64,000 nucleotides of DNA, from positions 2,195-66,194 of the forward strand of contig CAVYDV010000007.1 in the NCBI GenBank assembly GCA_963767505.1, read 5' to 3'. Shown piece after piece: positions 51,181-60,456 of the stretch. Under the pieces are notes generated by a model. That model was not told the DNA's origin and did no database searches. It saw only the letters and a list, made by a program, of their open reading frames with translations. Both the position numbers and the translations under genes were made by a program. Source of the stretch: an uncultured Thermoleophilia bacterium. GTDB taxonomy: Bacteria > Actinomycetota > Thermoleophilia > UBA2241. Each line of letters opens with the position of its first letter. The stretch's first letter is position 1.

Positions 51181-53667
51181 ATGGCCGCCGCCGCAGACAA
51201 CAGGCACACGCCGGCCCATCCCGGCCAGGTGACAGTCGTCATCGACGGACAGGACGTGGCGTGCGATCACGGCGAGACCGTGCTCACGGCCGCGCGGCGC
51301 GTCGGCATCCACATCCCGACGATGTGCCTCGAGGCGCGGCTGCACCCCCTGGGCGCCTGTCGCATCTGCATCGTGGAGGTGGAAGGCGCACGCAAGGTGA
51401 TGACGAGTTGCACGACGGCCGTCGCTGAAGGCATGGTGGTGCGAACCGACACCGAGAGGGTGCGCGCCATGCGCCACCTCTACCTCGAACTCCTGCTCAG
51501 CGATCACAACTCCTTCTGCACGCCGCCGTGTCGCGATGCCTGCCCGACCCACATCAAGATCCCGCAGTTCCTCGACTTCATTGCGCAGCAGGACTACGAG
51601 AGCGGCGTGCGCAAGCTCCGCGAGGACCTGCCGTTTCCCGCTACTCTGGGGCGCGTCTGCCCGCGGCCTTGCGAAGGCCCGTGCCGCCGGCAGCTCGTCG
51701 ATCAGTCCATCACGATCTGCCAGCTCCATCGCTTCATGGCCGATCAGTGTCTCGAGGGGGAGCAGGAGGGCGAGTTGCTGCTGCCGAACGAGCCCAAACC
51801 GGAGAGCGGCAAGCGCATCGCGATCGTGGGCGCGGGGCCGGCCGGCCTCTCCGCCGCCTTCTATGCTCGACTCGAGGGGCATGCGGTCAAGATCTTTGAA
51901 GCCTTGCCCAAGCCGGGCGGCATGCTCCGCTACGGCATCCCGAGTTACCGTCTGCCGCGAGACGTCCTCGACAGGGAGATCAACGTCCTGTGGCGCATGG
52001 GCGTCGAGCTCCAGACGGACAGCCGCCTGGGGGTCGACTTCCAGATCGAGGAGTTGCTCGCGGACTATGACGCCGTCTTCCTCGCCTTGGGCGCCTTCAA
52101 CAGCAACGCCATGCGCATCCCGGGTGAGGACGCCGACGGTGTCGTGACCGCCGTCGACTTCCTCGGCGAGCTGGAGCGCGACGGGGAAGTGCACGTCGGC
52201 GAGAAAGTCACAGTCATCGGTGGCGGCTTCACCGCGATGGATGCCTGCCGCACCTCTATTCGCAAGGGCGCCAAAGAGGTGACCTGCCTCTATCGTCGCT
52301 CGCGCGAGGAGATGCCCGCGCATCGCAGCGAGGTCGACGAGGCCGAGGAGGAAGGCGTCAAGCTTGAGCTCTTGTGTGCTCCCGTGCGCGTCGTCACTGG
52401 GCGCCTTCACCGCCATTCCGGGAGCAGGGTGACGGGCATCCAGATGCTTCGTATGGAGCTGGGCGAGCCGGACGAGTCGGGCCGCCGCCGTCCAGTGCCC
52501 GTGGAGGGCTCCGAGTTCATCGTCGAGTGCGATCAGGTGATCGTCGCCATCGGCCAACACCCGAAACTCGACGGTACCAGCGAGGAGCAGGGCGTAGCGC
52601 GCACCAAGTGGCGCACGCTCAAGGTAGATGACTGGACATTCCAGGCCGCCGACCCACGCGTGTTCGCCGGAGGCGACGTCGTGCTCGGTGCACAGACCGT
52701 GATCCAGGCGGTGGCGCAGGGTAAGAAGGCGGCCTGGAGCATGGACGCCTTCCTGCGCGGCGCGGACATGGCCGACGTATCCAGGCAGCTGATGCAGCTC
52801 AAGTCGACTCCGTTCGTGGAGGCTCTGGCGGCCAAGCACAAGGTCGACCCGGATATCGTGCGCATGGCGGAGATCCCCCCGGTGTTCATCGACATGGCCA
52901 CGGACGTGAGCCGGCCCTGTCCGCCGTCGGAGATGCCCAAACTGGCGGCCGGCGAGCGGAGCGGGACTTTCGAGCAGATAGAGCTCGGCTTCGGCGAAGA
53001 GCAAGCCATGGAGGGCGCGGCACGCTGTCTCGACTGCTACTGCCCCTCGAACGGCACCTGCGACCTGCAGCGGTACGGCATCGAGTATGAGGTGTTCAGG
53101 AACCGCTTCCACGGCGGAGACGCTCACGACTACCCTGCCGACTTCCGTCACGATTTCATCATGCGCGAGCCCAATCGGTGCATCGACTGTGGACGCTGCG
53201 TGATCGTCTGCGGCGAAGAAGTCGGGGCGAGCTGCTACGCCAACATGGGCCGCGGATTCGACATGATCGTCAGCACGGCCGACAACCTGCCCCTGCAGAT
53301 GGTGGGCTGCGTTTCGTGTGGCAAGTGCGCCGAGACATGCCCGACGGGCGCGATCGTCACGAACCCGCGCCGCCTGCAGCGATACGGTCTCGACGAGAGC
53401 CGGTGCATGTTCTGCGGGGAGTGCGTCGAGGTCTGCCCGTACGGTGCACTGGAGCAGGCCAGCTTCTTCGAACTCGCCGACTTCAGCAGGACGGCCCTTG
53501 CCGGCGCGTCGCTCTACGAGCGGGACCCCCGCTCTGCCGAGGCGCCGCGAAAGTCAGTGACCGATCTGGTCCCCCACGTCCTCGCGGCGGAACTGGGACA
53601 AGGCTGGGTCTGGTCGCCCATCAAGGACGATCCCGTCGACCTCGACGAAGGGGAGGATGAGGGCTGA
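51181..53667 (+). CDS. NuoG-N-terminal / GltD(NfnA/SfrB-like) FAD-NADPH oxidoreductase fusion carrying the C-terminal half of NuoI
   Basis: [2Fe-2S] domain; PPCRDACP, GRVCPRPCE..C, IVGAGPAGL, GGGFTAMD…YRRS, FAGGD; RCLDCYC….CDLQ; three CxxCxxCxxxC motifs, the last followed by NuoI-like 'ALEQASFFELADFSR'. Confidence 0.88.
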   Translation: MAAAADNRHTPAHPGQVTVVIDGQDVACDHGETVLTAARRVGIHIPTMCLEARLHPLGACRICIVEVEGARKVMTSCTTAVAEGMVVRTDTERVRAMRHLYLELLLSDHNSFCTPPCRDACPTHIKIPQFLDFIAQQDYESGVRKLREDLPFPATLGRVCPRPCEGPCRRQLVDQSITICQLHRFMADQCLEGEQEGELLLPNEPKPESGKRIAIVGAGPAGLSAAFYARLEGHAVKIFEALPKPGGMLRYGIPSYRLPRDVLDREINVLWRMGVELQTDSRLGVDFQIEELLADYDAVFLALGAFNSNAMRIPGEDADGVVTAVDFLGELERDGEVHVGEKVTVIGGGFTAMDACRTSIRKGAKEVTCLYRRSREEMPAHRSEVDEAEEEGVKLELLCAPVRVVTGRLHRHSGSRVTGIQMLRMELGEPDESGRRRPVPVEGSEFIVECDQVIVAIGQHPKLDGTSEEQGVARTKWRTLKVDDWTFQAADPRVFAGGDVVLGAQTVIQAVAQGKKAAWSMDAFLRGADMADVSRQLMQLKSTPFVEALAAKHKVDPDIVRMAEIPPVFIDMATDVSRPCPPSEMPKLAAGERSGTFEQIELGFGEEQAMEGAARCLDCYCPSNGTCDLQRYGIEYEVFRNRFHGGDAHDYPADFRHDFIMREPNRCIDCGRCVIVCGEEVGASCYANMGRGFDMIVSTADNLPLQMVGCVSCGKCAETCPTGAIVTNPRRLQRYGLDESRCMFCGECVEVCPYGALEQASFFELADFSRTALAGASLYERDPRSAEAPRKSVTDLVPHVLAAELGQGWVWSPIKDDPVDLDEGEDEG

Positions 53668-54179
53668 TGCCGGGCGGCGACTTCCATCCGTGGCTGTTCG
53701 TCATCGTCGCCGCATGGGTGCTGGTCTGCGCAGTCGGCGTCGTCGCGTCGAGAAAGATCATGTACTCCGCCGTCTCCATGGTGTTCTGCTTTCTCGGCGT
53801 TGCGTTCGCCTACGCCCTCCTCCACGCCGAACTGATCGCCATCATGCAACTCCTGGTCTACGTGGGCGCCATCTCGATCGTCATCATCTTCGCGATCATG
53901 CTCACCGAGGCCCAGGGTGGCGTCTACCGGCTGTTCTTCAACCGTCAGGCCATCGCCGCTGGCGTGCTGGCGGCCGTCGTCGCCGCGGCACTCGTCGCGG
54001 CCATCGCCACGGCCGATATCGGCAAGATCGATGACATCACGCTCAACCCCGGCGTCAGAGAGCTGTCCACCATCCTCTTCAACCGCTACGTGTTTCCGTT
54101 CGAGCTCATCTCGCTGGTGTTGCTCGCGGCCATGATCGGCGCCATCGTCCTGGCTCGCAGAGAGGAGGGACCGCGGTGA
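53667..54179 (+). CDS. nuoJ: Complex I subunit J
   Basis: AELIAIMQLLVYVGAI.IVIIFAIMLT, YVFPFELISLVLLAAMIGAIVLAR. Confidence 0.93.
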   Translation: MPGGDFHPWLFVIVAAWVLVCAVGVVASRKIMYSAVSMVFCFLGVAFAYALLHAELIAIMQLLVYVGAISIVIIFAIMLTEAQGGVYRLFFNRQAIAAGVLAAVVAAALVAAIATADIGKIDDITLNPGVRELSTILFNRYVFPFELISLVLLAAMIGAIVLARREEGPR

Positions 54180-54484
54180 ATCCCCTCGCCTGGTGGCTCG
54201 TTCTGGCCGCGTTGCTGTTTTGCATCGGCGCCTTCGGAGCCTTGGCGCGGCGCAACGTGATCGTCGTCGTCATGAGCCTCGAAATCATGCTCAGTGCGGT
54301 CAATGTCGCGCTCGTCGCCACAGCCTCGTTTCGCACCGGCGTCCCCGGCGGGGGCACGCTGTTCGCGCTGTTCATCATCGCTCTCGCCGCCGCCGAGGTC
54401 ACGGTCGGCATGGCGATCGTGATCGCCAACTACCGTCACCAGCGAACGGTCCAGGTCGACCAGTACGACGAGCTCAAGGGCTGA
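54176..54484 (+). CDS. nuoK: Complex I subunit K
   Basis: LFCIG…RRN…MSLEIML.AVN, AAAEVTVGMAI, LKG. Confidence 0.95.
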   Translation: MNPLAWWLVLAALLFCIGAFGALARRNVIVVVMSLEIMLSAVNVALVATASFRTGVPGGGTLFALFIIALAAAEVTVGMAIVIANYRHQRTVQVDQYDELKG

Positions 54485-54509
54485 TGGGCGTGGGCTTGGG
54501 GGGGACGCC

Positions 54510-56405
54510 ATGAAGGGGATCGTCGCGCTCATCCCGCTGCTGCCGCTGATTGGCTTCCTCTTCACGCTGCTCTTCGGGAAGCGCCTTCGGCAGCAGGCGC
54601 ATGTACTGCCGACGGCGCTCGTCACCGGCTCGGCCGCGCTGTGCATCGCCGCGTTCGTGTGGGTCCTCCGGCACGACGGAGAGCCCTTCCTCTTCCGGCC
54701 GTTCACCTGGATCACGGCCGGCGCCTTCGATCTGCAGTGGGGCTTCCAGGTCGACGGTCTGACCGGCATCATGCTGCTGGTCGTCGGCCCGATCGGCATG
54801 CTCGTGCACTACTACTCCATCGGCTACATGCGGGATGACCCCGGCTACTACCGCTTCTTCGCCTATCTGAACCTCTTCATGTTCGTGATGTTCATGCTCA
54901 TCCTGGCCGACAACTACCTCGTGATGTTCCTGGGTTGGGAGGGGGTCGGCCTCTGTTCCTACCTCCTGATCGCATTCTGGTACCGCAAGCAGAGCGCCAG
55001 CCAAGCGGGGAAGAAGGCCTTCCTGGTCAACCGCGTCGGCGACTTCGGCTTCACGCTGGGCATGTTCCTCATCTTCGTGACGACCGGGACACTGCAGTTC
55101 ACGGGCGTGTTCGAGCGGGCCGACGCCGGCGAGATCGGCGCCAGCACGCTGACCTGGATATGCCTGCTGCTCTTCGTGGGGGCCGTGGGCAAGAGCGCCC
55201 AGTTCCCACTGCACGTCTGGCTCCCTGATGCGATGGAGGGTCCCACTCCGGTGAGCGCCCTCATCCACGCCGCCACCATGGTCAACGCCGGTGTCTACAT
55301 GGTGGCGCGCTCCTACCCGCTCTTCCTGCATTCCGAGGCCGCGATGGTGGTCGTCATGGTCATCGGCACCTTCACCGCGATCTACGCTGCGTACATCGCC
55401 CTCACGCAGCACGACATCAAGAAGGTGATCGCATATTCGACGATCTCCTCGCTCGGTTTCATGTTCATGGCGCTGGGCGCCGGGGCGTGGGTGGCCGGGG
55501 TCTTCTACCTCTTCGCTCACGGCTTCTTCAAGGGCCTGCTCTTTCTCTGCTCCGGGTCGGTGATCCACGCGATGTCGGGCGAGCAGGACATGCGGCGTAT
55601 GGGCGGTCTGCGCCGGGCGCTCCCCGTCACTTTCTGGACCATGCTGATCGGCGCCTTGGCGATGGTCGGAGTGATTCCTCTGGCGGGCTTCTGGGCCAAG
55701 GACGAGATCCTGGCCGGCGCCTTCCACCAGTCTGTCCTGGTCTGGGTCGTGGGCATCATCACGGCCTTCCTCACCTCGATCTACATGTTCCGTCTGATGT
55801 TCATGACCTTCTGGGGCGAGAGCCGAGCCGATGAGACAACGCGGGCGCACGTACACGAGTCATCCGCGGTGATGACTGTGCCGCTCGTCCTGCTTGCGGT
55901 ACCTGCTGCGTTGCTCGGTCTCGTCGTGGGCTGGCCGCCCGAGGGCGGATGGATCTACGGGTTCCTGGAGCCCGTGTTCTTCGAGCTCGAGCATGAGGAG
56001 TTCCACTGGCTGGGATCGGGCGGGCTGCTCATGCTGGTCTCGCTCGTCGTGGTGTTGCTTGGTATCGCCGTCGCCTACAGGCTCTATGTCAGCCACGTCG
56101 AGGCTCCGGATCGCCTCGCTCGGCGGCTTCCGCGGGCGTACACGGCGTCGCTCAACAAGCTCTACATGGACGAGGTCTACGAGGTCGTCCCGATCCGCAG
56201 CACCCTCGCCACGGCGAGCTGGCTCTGGACGTTCATCGACGTCAAGGTGATCGACGGCGCGGTGAACGGCATCGCCGCGCTGTGGGAGTTGTTCGGCGAG
56301 CGACTGCGCCCCCTGCAGACAGGACGCGCACAGAACTACGCGTTGTACACGCTGATCGGGACGCTGATCCTCCTCGTTGTCCTGGCCTGGATATGGGTGG
56401 TGTGA
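54510..56405 (+). CDS. nuoL: Complex I subunit L
   Basis: YSIGYM, GWEGVGLCSYLLI, NRVGDFG, GKSAQFPLHVWLPDAMEGPTPVSALIHAATMV, DIKKVIAYST, QTGRAQNY. Confidence 0.96.
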   Translation: MKGIVALIPLLPLIGFLFTLLFGKRLRQQAHVLPTALVTGSAALCIAAFVWVLRHDGEPFLFRPFTWITAGAFDLQWGFQVDGLTGIMLLVVGPIGMLVHYYSIGYMRDDPGYYRFFAYLNLFMFVMFMLILADNYLVMFLGWEGVGLCSYLLIAFWYRKQSASQAGKKAFLVNRVGDFGFTLGMFLIFVTTGTLQFTGVFERADAGEIGASTLTWICLLLFVGAVGKSAQFPLHVWLPDAMEGPTPVSALIHAATMVNAGVYMVARSYPLFLHSEAAMVVVMVIGTFTAIYAAYIALTQHDIKKVIAYSTISSLGFMFMALGAGAWVAGVFYLFAHGFFKGLLFLCSGSVIHAMSGEQDMRRMGGLRRALPVTFWTMLIGALAMVGVIPLAGFWAKDEILAGAFHQSVLVWVVGIITAFLTSIYMFRLMFMTFWGESRADETTRAHVHESSAVMTVPLVLLAVPAALLGLVVGWPPEGGWIYGFLEPVFFELEHEEFHWLGSGGLLMLVSLVVVLLGIAVAYRLYVSHVEAPDRLARRLPRAYTASLNKLYMDEVYEVVPIRSTLATASWLWTFIDVKVIDGAVNGIAALWELFGERLRPLQTGRAQNYALYTLIGTLILLVVLAWIWVV

Positions 56406-56406
56406 C

Positions 56407-57993
56407 GTGAACTGGCAGGAGCAGATCGGTTTCCCGATCCTCTCGGTCATCACCTTCCTGCCGCTCGCGGGCGTGCTCCTGATCCTGCTGGTCGGCCGCG
56501 GCCGACCCTCTGTGTACAAGGGCATCTCGCTGCTGGTCACGCTGGGAGCCTTCGCGCTGGCCCTGCTCATGTTGGCGGTCTTCGACACCGAGGCGCGAGG
56601 CATGCAGTTCGTCGAGGATCTCGCCTGGGTCCCGGCCCTGAACATCCACTACGGGCTCGGCATCGACGGCATCAGCGCGCTCCTCGTGTTTCTCACAGCG
56701 CTGCTCGGGGTGGTCGTCATCGTCGCGAGCTGGCACTACGCCAAGGATCGCGAGATGGGGTTCTTCATCTCGCTGCTGCTCCTGCAGGTCGGCATGGTCG
56801 GGGTCTTCTGCGCCACGGACCTCTTCCTCTTCTACGTGTTCTGGGAGGCCATGCTGGTGCCGATGTACTTCATCATCGGCATCTGGGGTGGGCCGCGACG
56901 CATCTACGCTGCCATCAAGTTCTTCCTCTTCACCCTCGTCGGCAGCCTGCTGATGCTCGTCGCCATGATCGTCGTCGTCTACTACGTCAACGACGCCACC
57001 GGAGTGCTCACGTTCAATATCCGGGAGTTGAGCGAGCAGATCTATCCCTACCGGCTCCAGTTCTGGGCCTTCCTCGCGTTCTTCCTGGCGTTCGCCATCA
57101 AGGTGCCGATGTTCCCCCTCCACACTTGGCTGCCCGACGCTCACGTCGAGGCGCCGATGGCGGGTTCGGTGCTCCTGGCCGGTGTGCTGTTGAAGATGGG
57201 GGGATACGGCATGCTCCGCTTCTGCCTTCCCTTCTTCCCTGATGCCGCAGTGGCGTTTGCCCCGTACATCATCGTCCTCTCGGTGATCGCCATCCTGTAC
57301 GGCGCTCTGGTGTCGCTGGTGCAGAAGGACCTCAAGAAGCTCGTCGCCTACTCGAGCGTCAGTCACATGGGCTTCGTGACTGCGGGCATCTTCGCCTCGA
57401 TCGCGGTCGCCGGGAACGCCATCGGCATGGAGGGCGCCATTCTGGTGATGTTCAACCACGGCGTCCTCACCGGCGCGCTCTTCCTCCTGGTCGGCTTCCT
57501 GTACGAGCGCACGCGTACGCGTCAGATAGCTGACATGGCCATGCTGGCGACGCCGATGCCGGTGGCTGCGGGGTTCCTGCTGTTCTTCTCCCTCGGCTCC
57601 CTCGGCCTTCCCGGCCTGAGCGGGTTCGTGGGCGAGTTCCTCAGCCTTCTCGGGCTGTTCCAGTACTCCTACTGGTTGACGGCGCTGGCGGCCCTCGGTG
57701 TGATCCTCGCCGCCGCCTATCTTCTGTGGATGTTCCAGCGCGTGATGTTCAACGATCGCGGCGTCGACGCGGTGACGCCCTCGGCTGGTCTGAGCGACCT
57801 CGGCGTCCGCGAGATCGTGTCGCTGCTGCCCCTGGTCGTGCTGGCCGTCTGGGCGGGCGTGTACCCGAACACCTTCCTCGACTTCCTGCATGTGCCGGTG
57901 CAGGAGATCCTCGACGAGGTCATGCCGTCGCTGGAGAGCGCTCGAACGAGCGGGCTGGCTCAGCTCATCGCCGGGGCGAAAGGGCACTTCTGA
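56407..57993 (+). CDS. nuoM: Complex I subunit M
   Basis: LGIDGIS, FYVFWEAMLVPMYFIIGIWG, AIKVPMFPLHTWLPDAHVEAP, LLKMGGYG, GLPGLSGFVGEF. Confidence 0.96.
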   Translation: MNWQEQIGFPILSVITFLPLAGVLLILLVGRGRPSVYKGISLLVTLGAFALALLMLAVFDTEARGMQFVEDLAWVPALNIHYGLGIDGISALLVFLTALLGVVVIVASWHYAKDREMGFFISLLLLQVGMVGVFCATDLFLFYVFWEAMLVPMYFIIGIWGGPRRIYAAIKFFLFTLVGSLLMLVAMIVVVYYVNDATGVLTFNIRELSEQIYPYRLQFWAFLAFFLAFAIKVPMFPLHTWLPDAHVEAPMAGSVLLAGVLLKMGGYGMLRFCLPFFPDAAVAFAPYIIVLSVIAILYGALVSLVQKDLKKLVAYSSVSHMGFVTAGIFASIAVAGNAIGMEGAILVMFNHGVLTGALFLLVGFLYERTRTRQIADMAMLATPMPVAAGFLLFFSLGSLGLPGLSGFVGEFLSLLGLFQYSYWLTALAALGVILAAAYLLWMFQRVMFNDRGVDAVTPSAGLSDLGVREIVSLLPLVVLAVWAGVYPNTFLDFLHVPVQEILDEVMPSLESARTSGLAQLIAGAKGHF

Positions 57994-59572
57994 TGGACGC
58001 CAACAACTCGCTGGCGATCATCCTGCCGGGCGTCGTCGTGGCGCTGGCGGCCGTCGCCGTCTTCGCTGTGGATCTCATCACGCGCAGGAAGTCTGTGCTG
58101 GCGTGGGTGGCCAGCGCCGGACTCATCGCCGCCGCGGCAGTCGCGGTCGGCCAATGGCTCGCGCTTTCGGAGTCTTCACGGGGTGGCGGTGGGCGCGACC
58201 CCGAGGTCGGCTTCGCCGGTATGGTCGCGCTCGACAAGTACGCCGTGTTCTGCGTGGTGCTCTTCGCCGTCATCGGTGTGCTCAGCATCATGCTCTCGGA
58301 TTCGTATCTGGCACGACGCCGGGCCGCGCGGGGCGAATTCTACGGGCTTCTTCTGCTCGTCATCACCGGGATGATCGGCATGGTGGTGAGCACGGATCTC
58401 ATCGCCTTCTTCATCTCGTTCGAGCTGATGTCGCTGCCGACGTACGTACTTGCCGGCTACCTCTGGCGCCAGGAGCGCTCTGGAGAGGCGTCGCTCAAGT
58501 ACTTCGTCACCGGAGCCTTCTCGTCCGCCATCCTGGCGTTCGGCCTGGCGCTGGTCTATGCAGCGACGGGCCAGACGAACTACGCGGCGATCGCCGAGGG
58601 CCTGGGCGTCCTGGAGGCGATTCGACGCCCGCGGGCTGCTCGTCGCGGCGCTCGCCCTCGTCGTGACCGGCTTCGGCTTCAAGATCTCGGCCGTTCCCTT
58701 CCACGCCTGGGCGCCGGACGTCTATGAAGGAGCCCCTACGCCGGTTACGGCCTTCATGTCAGTCGGCGTCAAGGCTGCCGCCTTCGCCGGGTTCGCCAAG
58801 CTGTTCGTCACCGCGCTTGGCCCCGAGTGGGCCACCTGGGTCGATGCTCTGATCATCCTGGCCGTGCTGACGATGGTCGTCGGCAACGTGCTCGCCCTGC
58901 CGCAGCGCAATCTCAAGCGCATGCTGGCCTACTCGAGCATCGCGCACGCCGGGTATCTGACGCTCGGCCTGGTCGCTGCGGGCGGGCCGGGGGGCCGACT
59001 CGGCATGTCTGCCATCCTCTTCTACCTGGCGGCCTACGCATTCATGAACCTGGGTGCTTTCGGCGTTCTCATCTGGATCCGGAACCGGCGCCCGTTCCGC
59101 TACACGCTCGACGAGGTGAGCGGGCTTGCCCGCAGCATGCCCTGGGCGGCGCTCTTCACGGTGTTTTTCATGGTGTCGCTCGCCGGCATCCCGCCGACGA
59201 TCGGCTTCTGGGGCAAGTTCTACCTGTTCACGCGCAGTCGTGCAAGGCGGGTACACATGGCTCGCCATCCTCGCCGTGGTCATGAGCTCGGTGTCCGCCT
59301 TCTACTATCTGCGCGTCGTCTGGCACATGTACTTCAAGGAGGCTCCCGAGGGCGCTGTCGCGGGCGTTGCGGAGTCGGAGGCGGAGTCGGGCGCCGAGTC
59401 GGGGCCTTCGGTCTCGGCGGAGACCGGCGATGGGGTCGAGCCTCGGACGTCCGAGGTCGGCGTCGTCGCCGCGGTCAGCCTGGCCGCCGCCGCCGTGCTC
59501 GTCCTCGGTGTCTTCCCGGAGTGGCTGCTGAGCTCGGCCGAGGATGCCGTGAGGTTGATCCTCGGCGGGTGA
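57993..59572 (+). CDS. nuoN: Complex I subunit N; frameshifts near 58620 and 59232
   Basis: [85 protein letters not shown]. Confidence 0.93.
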
Positions 59573-59668
59573 CCTCCGGTCCTCCGAGTCGCTGAGGCCA
59601 AGCCCTGCTCTCCGCGTCGCACACTCCGGACACCGCGCTTCGTGCGCCGCCGCTGGTACACTGAGACG

Positions 59669-60451
59669 ATGCAGATCCTGTTCATCGGCGACGTGTTCGG
59701 GCAGCCCGGGAGGGATGCCCTCCTGCGCTGGCTCCCGGACTTCAAGGAGGAGTCCGGCGTCGACTTCGTGATCGCCAACGGCGAGAACGCGGCCAACGGC
59801 GCCGGCATCACCTCGAAGCTCGCGCTGAAGCTGCTGGACGGCGGCGTGGACGTGATCACGACCGGCAATCACGTCTACCGGCAGAAGGAGGTCTACGGCT
59901 TCCTGAACGTCGACGAGCGCATCGTGCGGCCGGCGAACTACCCGGCGCGTTCTCCCGGCCGAGGCCTGACGGTCCGTCCGGCGACCGACGGCAGCGAGGT
60001 AGCCGTCATCAATCTGGCCGGTGAGCTCTTCATGAACAGCGGCATGTCGCCGTTTCGCCTCGTCGATCGACTCGTCGACGAGGCGGCCGAGCTCGCCGAG
60101 GCGATCGTCGTCGATCTGCATGCGGAGGCGACCAGCGAGAAGGTGGCGATGGGCCACTACCTCGACGGTCGCGTGACGGCACTGCTGGGCACGCACACGC
60201 ACGTGCAGACATCCGACGCCCGGGTGCTGCCCGGCGGTACCGCCTACGTCACCGACGTCGGCATGACCGGGCCGCTCGAGTCGGTGATCGGCGTGCGCAC
60301 GGACATCATCGTGCAGCGCTTTCTCACCGAACTGCCGGCGCAGTTCGCGGTGGCGGAGGGGAGCGTGCGCCTCAACGCCGCGCTCATCACGCAGGAGGGC
60401 GGCCGGGCCACAGGGATTGAGACGATCGAGGAGATCTTGCCGGGAGGGTAG
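59669..60451 (+). CDS. ymdB: YmdB/TIGR00282 family metallophosphoesterase
   Basis: ILFIGDVFG.PGR, ANGENAA.G.GIT, TTGNH, RPANYP, DLHAEATSEK, GTHTHVQT.D, TDVGMTGP. Confidence 0.93.
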   Translation: MQILFIGDVFGQPGRDALLRWLPDFKEESGVDFVIANGENAANGAGITSKLALKLLDGGVDVITTGNHVYRQKEVYGFLNVDERIVRPANYPARSPGRGLTVRPATDGSEVAVINLAGELFMNSGMSPFRLVDRLVDEAAELAEAIVVDLHAEATSEKVAMGHYLDGRVTALLGTHTHVQTSDARVLPGGTAYVTDVGMTGPLESVIGVRTDIIVQRFLTELPAQFAVAEGSVRLNAALITQEGGRATGIETIEEILPGG

Positions 60452-60456
60452 CTCCG

